Positions 57,345 to 64,000 of a DNA stretch of 64,000 nt are shown here, piece after piece. A program made the translations under genes and the position numbers. The notes beneath the pieces are model-generated. The model was not told where the DNA came from and searched no databases. It saw only the letters and a program-made list of their open reading frames with translations. The stretch is from NCBI GenBank assembly GCA_963845925.1, contig CAWJUA010000025.1, positions 175,114-239,113 of the forward strand. Direction: 5' to 3'. This DNA is from an uncultured Chloroflexia bacterium. Its GTDB lineage: Bacteria; Chloroflexota; Limnocylindria; Limnocylindrales; CSP1-4. The stretch's first letter is position 1, and each line of letters begins with the position of its first letter.

Positions 57345-58727
57345 TCAGACGAACAGGCGCGGGTTCCGGAACTGGCCGTTGTACTCGACCATCCAGTGCA
57401 GGTGGCAGCCGGTGGCGTGGCCGGTCGCGCTCTCGAAGCCGATCAGCTGGCCCGTCTTGACCATCGAGCCCGCGTGGATGCCGCCGGGGTACGTGTAGGC
57501 CTTCATGTGGGCGTACCACGTCTGGAGGTCGGTCGAGTGGACGATGATCACGATCCACGCCGGGTCGGCGCCGTCCGCGTAGTTCCAGCCGACGTAGCCG
57601 ATCCGCCCGGGGCCGGCGGCCTTGATCGGCGCGCCGCAGCCCTGGGGCGAGACGATGTCGATCCCGTTGTGGAAGTGCTCGCAGCCGTTGCCGGGGGCGT
57701 AGCCCGGGTACGTGCTGCAGCCGAACTCGGTCGAGACGACGCCCGGCATCGGCCACGACAGCGTCCCGTTGTAGCGCGACGGGATGTTCCCGAGCTTGAA
57801 CTGCTGGGCGACGAGGTCCTTGATCTTCGAGGCGAGCTGGCGCTGGGCCTTCTGCGTCGTCGCGATCGCGCGGGCGAGGTCCTTCTTGTTCTTGATGAGC
57901 TCGCTCATCGCGTTCCGCTGGATCGCGAGCGCCCGGGCCGTCTCCTTCTCGAGCTCCTTGAGCCGGGCCTGGGCGGCCTTCAGCTGGACGAGCTGGGCGT
58001 CGAGCTCCTGCTTCTGCTTGAGCGTCTCGGCCCGGAGCGTGTCGGTCTGGCCGCGGGTCGACTCGACCATCGCGTGGATCGTCGCGAGCGCCTCCTGGGC
58101 GTGGACGATCGCCTGGGCGAGGACCTTGTCGTGCTCGGCGAAGTCGTTGATGTAGCCGACTTCGGAGATCACGTCGGTGAACGAGCCGCCCGCGAGGAAC
58201 GTTTCGAGGAGCGACGTCCGGTCGGTGTCGTACGCCTCCACGATCCGCGCGGCGAGCTCGGCTTTCTTCGTGCCGAGCTCGGAGCGGCGCATCGTCTCTT
58301 CTTTGGTGACGTTCGCGAGCTGGTTGTCGAGGAGCTGGAGGTGGGCGACGAGCCCGAAGTACTCCTTCTTCACGCCCTCGATCCGGACCGCCATGTTGTT
58401 GATGTCCTTGCGGACCTTGGAGAGGTCGGCGTTGATGCCGTTGAGCTCGCGCGTGGTGGACGCGATCTGCCGGCTCAGATCCGACTGGAGTGACGTGATC
58501 TGGGCGATCATCGCCTTCTGCGTGGCGATCTGCTTCGCGAGCGCGGCCTGCTTGGCCTTCGCGTCGGCGAGCTCGTCGGCATGGACCGGCGAGGTGTTGA
58601 CGGTCGGCGTGCCGAGGATGCCCACCAGCAGCGGGATGAGGAGCAGCGTCGCGACCTGGCGGAACCGGCGGGAGCGCGTGCGACGTGACGTCGACCAGCC
58701 CGCAAACGGCGTGCTGTGACGGATCAC
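57345..58727 (-). CDS. M23-family metallopeptidase with long N-terminal coiled coil (EnvC-like)
   Basis: ORF 57345..58727 (GTG start) has a TM/signal segment and ~280 aa of heptad-like Q/K/E/A/L sequence. The LytM domain follows, with HFHNGIDI and ATGCHLHWMV. Confidence 0.85.
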   Translation of the reverse strand: MIRHSTPFAGWSTSRRTRSRRFRQVATLLLIPLLVGILGTPTVNTSPVHADELADAKAKQAALAKQIATQKAMIAQITSLQSDLSRQIASTTRELNGINADLSKVRKDINNMAVRIEGVKKEYFGLVAHLQLLDNQLANVTKEETMRRSELGTKKAELAARIVEAYDTDRTSLLETFLAGGSFTDVISEVGYINDFAEHDKVLAQAIVHAQEALATIHAMVESTRGQTDTLRAETLKQKQELDAQLVQLKAAQARLKELEKETARALAIQRNAMSELIKNKKDLARAIATTQKAQRQLASKIKDLVAQQFKLGNIPSRYNGTLSWPMPGVVSTEFGCSTYPGYAPGNGCEHFHNGIDIVSPQGCGAPIKAAGPGRIGYVGWNYADGADPAWIVIIVHSTDLQTWYAHMKAYTYPGGIHAGSMVKTGQLIGFESATGHATGCHLHWMVEYNGQFRNPRLFV

Positions 58728-59000
58728 GTGGGCGTCGTCATCGTGTGGCGGGACTCCGTGTGCTGGGGCACTCGATCTGGGGGCGCGCTTGACGGGGCGC
58801 GCCGGCGTTTTTCGCCGCCCTGATCGGGCACGGACCCAGGCGACACCGGCTTGTCCGGCATCATACCGGGGGGTGTCTACCGTAGGCGTTACAAACCATG
58901 GCGGACGAGCCGTACTTTGGTCCTGCGACTACCCCGGACCACACCGCACCGCACCACGTCTCGCCCGCGCCCGGCGCGCCTGAAATCCGCCTGCGATGCC

Positions 59001-59655
59001 TCAGCCGCGGACGACGATCCCCCAGACCGCCCCGAAGATCAGGAACGGCCCGTACGGCACGTAGCTCCGGAGCGTGATCCGCCGGGTCGCGACCAGCACG
59101 ACCAGCACCAGGCCTGCGAGGAACAGCCCCGACACGAGCCCGGTGACCGCCCGGATCGCGCCCGACATCAGCCCCACCCCGACGAGCAGCTTCACGTCGC
59201 CGATCCCGAACGCCCCCGCCCCGAACGGGATCGACGCCAGGTAGATCACCCCCGGCACGACGATCGCGACCAAAACCGCCGGCAGGAGGTCGGCGCCGAC
59301 GAGCGGGTTCTGGCCGCTCACCGCGTAGATCGCGGCGACGGGGATCACCGGCAGGGTCAGCAGGTCGGGCAGCAGCCGCTGGTCGAGGTCCGTCGCCAGC
59401 CCGACGATCAGCGTCACGAACCACGCCCCGAACAGCGCCAGGGCCAGCGCGTCGCCGCCGAACCGGGCCGGCAGCACGGCGAGCGCGAACGCCCCGAACA
59501 GCCCGCAGACGATCGGTCCGCCAGCCGACGGCTCGGCCGGCCGGGAACTCGGGCGGCTCGTGCTCCGGCCAGCGCGTCGAGAACCGGTCGGCGAGGACGC
59601 CGACGACCGCCCCGACGACGGCGAAGACCGCCGACAGCGGCACGAACGACATCAC
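59001..59655 (-). pseudogene. A24-family prepilin/preflagellin-type aspartic peptidase (no methyltransferase domain), one frameshift
   Basis: The N-terminus MMSFVPLSAVFAVVGAVVGVLADRFSTRWPEHEPPEFPAG is in ORF 58861..59655. The remainder is in ORF 59001..59477, with both catalytic Asp contexts (GLATDLDQRLLPD and GAFGIGDVKLLVGVG). The junction lies near 59540. Confidence 0.75.
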
Positions 59656-59706
59656 GGCCGCGGATCCACGAGGGGCGGCGACGCCGCGACGGGACGTCGA
59701 TCCAGG

Positions 59707-61223
59707 CTAGCGACCGTTGCGCGCCCCGGCCATCGCCAGCTCGACGAGCGTGGCGTGGGTCACGCCGGTCGCGCCGCGCGGGGCCCAGGCGGTGGCCTTC
59801 CGGAAGTAGCCCGTCCCGCCGATGTCGAGGTGGGCCCACGGCACCGTCGCGAACTCCCGCAGGAACATGCCGCTCTTCACGAGCGAGCCCTCGGCCGAGC
59901 CGGAGTTCTGGAGGTCGCCGTACCACGAGTTCATCTCGCTCCGGTACTCGTCGACGAACGGGATCTGCCAGTAGCGCTCGCCCGCCCGGTCGGCGGCCGA
60001 CACGACGTCGCCCCAGAACGACGACGGGTTCGCGAAGCCGCCGGTGATCAGGTGGCCGAACGCCCGCGACACGGCGCCGGTCAGCGTCGCGACGTCGACG
60101 AGGTGCGTCGCCCCGAGGCTTCTCCGCATAGGTCATCGCGTCGCCCAGGATCAGGCGGCCCTCGGCGTCGGTGTTCGTGATGTCGACGAACTTGCCGTTC
60201 ATCGCCTTGACGACGTCGCCCGGCCTGGTCGAGTGGGAGCCGGGCATGTTCTCGACGGCCGGCGCCACGGCCAGCAGTGGCGTCCCCGGGGAGAGGCGGG
60301 CGACGGTGGCGATGGCGGCGATCACGGTGCAGGCACCGATCTTGTCCATCTTCATCTCTTCCATCCGGTCGGACGGCTTGATGCTGATGCCGCCGGAGTC
60401 GAAGCAGACGCCCTTGCCGACGATCGCCAGGTGGCGGCCCAACGCGTCCTTCTCGCCCTCGTCGCCGGAGCGCATGACGATCATCCGGGGCGGGTTGTCG
60501 CTGCCCTGGCCGACCGCGAGGAACATGCCCATGCCCAGCTCGCGGGCGCGCTCGGGCTCGATCACGTCGATCCAGAGGCCGTGCTTCTCGGCGAGCGCCC
60601 GGGACTCCTCGGCGAGGACGATCGGGGGTCACGTCGTTCGCGGAGCGGTTCGAGATCGCGCGGGCCCAGTTCGAGCCCTCCCCGATGACGATCCCTCGGT
60701 CCGCGGCCTTCGAAAGCGCCGCGGCGTCCTCCCCGGGCGCAACGAGGATCAGCTCGTCGAGCTGCGGCGGGGCGCTTTCGATGTCCTCGCGGTACAGGCG
60801 CTTGGGGTCGAACGAGCCCTCGACGACGCCGCGGGCGAGGAGCTCCGCGACGGCCGATGCGCCACCGTCGAGGACGGCGGCGAGCGGCGAGATCCACAGG
60901 GCGAGGGTCTTTGCCTCGCGGCCGCGCAGCCGTCGCTCGGCCGAGGCGCCGATCCGCACGACCGTCTCGCGATCGAGCTTCGCGGGGTCGCCCGCGCCGA
61001 CGGTCACGACCCGACCCGCGGGCAGGTCGCCCGGGCTCGCGACGGCCGTCCAGTAACGCTTGCCCGTGATCTCCTTGAACGCGGTCAGGGCCTTGAGCTC
61101 GCCGCCGACCCGCCGGTCGATCTCGCCGAGGGGGCCGTCGAACGCCGGGTCACCGACGATCGGGATCGCCAGGACGTGGGCCTTGACGTCCCAGGGCTGG
61201 TCGGTGACAACACGCAGCTGCAC
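59707..61223 (-). pseudogene. pepA: Leucyl aminopeptidase (M17), two frameshifts
   Basis: The N-domain is in ORF 60081..61223. The catalytic core is in ORF 59414..60565 (VGKGVCFDSGGISIKP..MKMDKIGAC..NTDAEGRLILGDAMTYAEK). The C-terminus is in ORF 59707..60129 (GATHLVDVATLTGA..WAHLDIGGTG). The junctions lie in the GGGGG run at 60624-60628 and near 60127. Confidence 0.85.
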
Positions 61224-61311
61224 GCTGGGGAACCTCCTCCGGAGCTTGGGCCGGGCGCCACGAGCGGCGCCCTCGGGTCAGTGGTCGGCAGTGTACTTCG
61301 GGGCCGGAGCG

Positions 61312-62322
61312 TCAGGGCGCCGGCGCGGTGGGCGCCTCCGATCCGCCCGGCGCCTCAGAACCCGACGACGAGGCCGGCCCGGCGGCGTCGATCATCGCGA
61401 TCGCCGAGTCGAGGTCGCCCCGCGCCTGCTCGATCGTGATCACGGCCTGGTTCAGCCCGCCCCGGCCGATCTCGGCGAGGATGATCACGAGCCCTTTCGA
61501 GTCGGCGGGGAGCTGCTTGCGGGCCTTGCCCTCGGCGTCGAACGCGGCGCGGACCGCGCTCGTCACCCGGCCCTTCGAGTCGACGAGCGCCTGGTAGAGG
61601 TGGCGGAGCGCCGCGTCGTAGGCCGAGTTCACGTCGAGCCAGTCGGTCAGCGTCGAGACGTCGACCGTGTTCGCGAGCGTGTCCTTGAACGCCCGCGACT
61701 GGGCCATGAGCCGGTCCGACTCGTCGAGCTTCGCGAGCGCGTCGGCGTACTTCTCCTGGCGGCCGGCCGCGGCCGCGTCGGCGGTCGACGTGTCGTGCTG
61801 GGTCAGGAGCGTCGTGATCCGGCTCGCCGCTGCCGACGACACCGCGAGCCTCGACCACGCCGCGCTGAGGCCGTTCGTCGCGTCGAGCGCCTGGAGCGAG
61901 AGCTGCTGGCGGTGGCGGACGCCGGGCGAGAGCGTCAGATCCTGGTCGGGACCCAGGCCGGGCAGCGTCTCGAGCTGCTGGCGGATGGTGGTCGCGTGCT
62001 GCTCGATCGTCGACGCCAGGTCCTGGCCCTCGGTCACGGTCGCGTCGAGCTCGTCGCTGTTGCCCGCCGACAGGTTGCCGAGCGCGGTCCGGCCCAGGTC
62101 GCTGAGCTGGGCGACCTGCCCGGAGAGCGTCTCGAGCTCCATGCGAGCCGACGCGAGGCCTGGCTCGGCGGCCGCGTCGCCGGCGTACGTCAGCTCAGGG
62201 CGGGCGGCGGTGCCGGGCTGGTGGGCCATCGTCGCGACGATGCCGGCGGCACCCAGCGCGAGGACCGCCACGATCGCGATCCACGCGACGGCGAGGGCGA
62301 CGTGGCCGGCCTGCCCCTTCAT
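61312..62322 (-). CDS. Membrane-anchored helical protein, unknown function
   Basis: ORF 61312..62415, with the start at ATG 62322 (MKGQAGHVALAVAWIAIVAVLALGAAGIVA). A single TM helix is followed by ~290 aa of Ala/Leu/Gln/Asp-rich, probably helical sequence and a Ser/Gly/Pro tail. Confidence 0.5.
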   Translation of the reverse strand: MKGQAGHVALAVAWIAIVAVLALGAAGIVATMAHQPGTAARPELTYAGDAAAEPGLASARMELETLSGQVAQLSDLGRTALGNLSAGNSDELDATVTEGQDLASTIEQHATTIRQQLETLPGLGPDQDLTLSPGVRHRQQLSLQALDATNGLSAAWSRLAVSSAAASRITTLLTQHDTSTADAAAAGRQEKYADALAKLDESDRLMAQSRAFKDTLANTVDVSTLTDWLDVNSAYDAALRHLYQALVDSKGRVTSAVRAAFDAEGKARKQLPADSKGLVIILAEIGRGGLNQAVITIEQARGDLDSAIAMIDAAGPASSSGSEAPGGSEAPTAPAP

Positions 62323-62346
62323 GGCGCGGCATCGTAGCATCGGGTC

Positions 62347-63393
62347 GTGGCCCAACCGACGCCGGCGACCCGCCGCCTCATCGAGGCGATGCCCAAGGCC
62401 GAGCTGCACCTCCACCTCGACGGCTCGTTGCGTGTCGCGACCGCGCTGGAGCTGGCTTCCTCACGCGGCGTGGACGCGCCGGCGACGTGGGCCGGGATGT
62501 TCGACGCGCTCGTCGCGCCGGAGCGCTGCGCCGATCAGGCCGAGCTGCTCGAGCGGTTCGACCTGCCGATCGCGCTCATGCAGGACGCCGACGCGCTCGA
62601 GCGGATCGCCTACGAGCTGATCGAGACGAAGGCGGCCGACAACGTCCGCTACGTCGAGGTCCGGTGGGGACCGCTCCTCCACGTCGCGCGCGGTCTCTCC
62701 CTCGCCGACGGGATCGCGGCCGTGGTCCGCGGGACGCGCGCGGCCGCAGACCGGTACGGGATCGTGGCCCGGCTCATCGCCACTGCGCTCCGCTCGCACG
62801 ACCCGGCCGACAACGTCACGCTCGCCGAGACCGCCGCGGGGTTCCGCGGCAACGGCCTCGTCGGGTTCGACCTCGCGGGCCCCGAGCAGGCGTTCCCGGA
62901 CCCGCTCACCCACGAGCGCGCGTTCGCGGCCGCGCGCGCCGGCGGTCTGCACGTCACGCTGCACGCCGGCGAGTGGGGCGGCGCGCCGCAGGTCCGCCGC
63001 GCGCTCGCGGTCGACCCCGAGCGGATCGCCCACGGCCCGGGCGCGATCGACGACCCGGATCTCTGCAGGGAGCTCGTCGCCCGCGGCGTGACGCTCGACC
63101 TCTGCCCCACCTCGAACGTCCAGGCCGGCATCGTCGCCTCGGTCGAGGACCACCCGATCGCCCGCCTCCACCGGCTCGGCGTCCCGGTCACGCTCTCGAC
63201 CGACGACACGACGGTCTCCGACATCTCCCTATCCGAGGAGTACACACGCGCGGTCGGCCGGATCGGGCTGAGCCTCGCCGAGCTGTGGGCGATCGACCGC
63301 CACGCTCTTTCGGCCGCGTTCGCCGACGAGACCGCGCTTGCCCCGGTCAGGGCCGCGTTCGACGCGTTCGAGCCGTTGCTTCGCTCAGGCTGA
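62347..63393 (+). CDS. add: Adenosine deaminase
   Basis: ORF 62347..63393 (GTG start) contains PKAELHLHLDGSL, VRYVEVRW, GFDLAGPE, TLHAGEWGG, RIAHGP, DLCPTSN and TLSTDD. Confidence 0.9.
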   Translation: MAQPTPATRRLIEAMPKAELHLHLDGSLRVATALELASSRGVDAPATWAGMFDALVAPERCADQAELLERFDLPIALMQDADALERIAYELIETKAADNVRYVEVRWGPLLHVARGLSLADGIAAVVRGTRAAADRYGIVARLIATALRSHDPADNVTLAETAAGFRGNGLVGFDLAGPEQAFPDPLTHERAFAAARAGGLHVTLHAGEWGGAPQVRRALAVDPERIAHGPGAIDDPDLCRELVARGVTLDLCPTSNVQAGIVASVEDHPIARLHRLGVPVTLSTDDTTVSDISLSEEYTRAVGRIGLSLAELWAIDRHALSAAFADETALAPVRAAFDAFEPLLRSG

Positions 63394-63921
63394 GGCCAAC
63401 CACGCCTCGGCCGCGCTGGACGACCGGAAGCGAAGAACCCGGACGTCGGCATACGCCGGATCGGCCAGGCGCGCTTCGTTGTCGCGTCGCCGCCGGCCGT
63501 GCGTCGTGATCACCCACCAGGCGAGCGACTTGCGACCGACGATCTGGCTCCACCGCTCGCGGTTCGTGCCCCACAGCAGCTCACCGTCGATCGCCCGCGC
63601 CACGGCTCGGCGGGTCACGCGCCAGAGGCACGTGCGCATCGACATGTCCAGCCAGACGACCGTGTCTGCCTGGCTGAGCACGTCGGGCCAGACGCGCCAG
63701 TAGTTGCCGTCGACGACCCAGCCGCCGGGGGCGTCGACAGCGGCCTTCACCTTGGCCCGGAACTCCGCCTCGTCGGGCTCCTGCCAGTCGGGCAACCAGA
63801 AGAGCGCATCGAGCTCGATGTGGGCGACGTCCAGCCGTTCGGCCAGCCGGCGCGCGAAGCTCGTCTTGCCGGAACCGCTCGTGCCGATCACAGACACGCG
63901 CCGCATCGGCGGCTCCGTCAA
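63385..63921 (-). CDS. P-loop NTPase (adenylate-kinase-like / topology-modulation-type)
   Basis: ORF 63385..63921 contains RRVSVIGTSGSGKTSFARRLAERLDVAHIELDALFWLPDWQ. The start is TTG 63921 (TTGA overlap with the upstream stop) or ATG 63906. Its 3' end overlaps add convergently by 9 nt. Confidence 0.7.
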   Translation of the reverse strand: MTEPPMRRVSVIGTSGSGKTSFARRLAERLDVAHIELDALFWLPDWQEPDEAEFRAKVKAAVDAPGGWVVDGNYWRVWPDVLSQADTVVWLDMSMRTCLWRVTRRAVARAIDGELLWGTNRERWSQIVGRKSLAWWVITTHGRRRRDNEARLADPAYADVRVLRFRSSSAAEAWLASA

Positions 63922-64000
63922 CCCGACAACCGCGCCAGCGCCGCGGCGAGCTCCGCCGCGTCGGCCGCGACTGCCGTCGGGCGCTCGTCGGCGGCGAGCG
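63918..64000 (-). CDS. 3' end of an unidentified gene (5' part outside window)
   Basis: The reverse-strand frame ending at TGA 63920-63918 reads ..LAADERPTAVAADAAELAAALARLSG. It is too short to identify. Confidence 0.3.
   Translation of the reverse strand, partial: LAADERPTAVAADAAELAAALARLSG

Noticed and set aside
58728-59000. Cyclic-di-AMP (ydaO-type) riboswitch upstream of the M23 cell-wall hydrolase gene
   Set aside because: The conserved ydaO segments as I remember them are absent on either strand. These include GGGGA..CC, GGGGUGAAUC and ACCCGAA-CCGACAGCU-ACCUCGUA.
1-64000. CRISPR arrays, IS elements, prophage, restriction-modification or toxin-antitoxin genes
   Set aside because: I found no repeat-spacer periodicity, no transposase, integrase, capsid or terminase-like translations, and no small paired ORFs of TA type while reading all six frames. 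The only tandem repeats are two short in-frame 15-nt coding repeats.

Overview
This is a very GC-rich window (roughly 70% by eye, not computed) that looks like ordinary chromosome from a high-GC Terrabacteria-type genome. That lineage guess is inference from F420-family, PAP2/DAGK and ECF-sigma content and from frequent GTG/TTG starts. I can support about 58 protein genes, one tRNA-His (GUG), one SAM-I riboswitch with an intrinsic terminator, two short in-frame tandem repeats and a few palindromic or direct-repeat candidate operator sites. I saw no rRNA, CRISPR array, transposase, integrase or recognisable phage or defence genes.

Gene content in order:
- D-aminoacylase, cut by the window edge.
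- A long reverse-strand operon: SorC regulator, FGGY kinase, NMT1-type ABC importer, guanine-deaminase-like amidohydrolase, VOC protein, LD-carboxypeptidase.
- A DUF4331 plus TPR pair.
- FAD-linked oxidase and an M1 peptidase.
- MacB-type ABC exporter, BioY and DUF2236.
- CAP-domain protein and a 461-aa orphan.
- A riboswitch-controlled ThrC-family gene.
- ChrA coupled to a deazaflavin-type reductase.
- An OmpR/HK pair and an ECF sigma with an anti-sigma-like beta-propeller protein.
- PhoD-like, PAP2 and PAP2-DAGK phosphatases, then a K+ channel.
- Archaeal-type glucose dehydrogenase, cyclase, APC permease and formamidase.
- MsiK/MsmX-like ATPase, a NUDIX-YcxB fusion and NAPRTase.
- Two paralogous membrane-anchored HExxH proteins behind a YbjN-like gene.
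- GlgC, M23 peptidase, A24 peptidase, PepA and adenosine deaminase.

Two general properties stand out. Many adjacent genes are translationally coupled through 4-nt overlaps (ATGA, GTGA, TTGA). About 19 genes change reading frame, with roughly 35-40 junctions by my manual reading, often at homopolymer runs. That fits consensus indel error, but the junctions are distributed unevenly enough that some genes may be true pseudogenes.

Most long ORFs in the track are antisense or out-of-frame shadows typical of high-GC DNA. I found no clearly novel system. The best candidates for a second look are:
- the YbjN plus tandem anchored-zincin operon;
- the SAM-riboswitch-controlled ThrC homologue;
- the DUF4331/TPR module;
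- the repeat-rich 294-bp intergenic region at 22371-22664;
- the ChrA/deazaflavin-reductase coupling.
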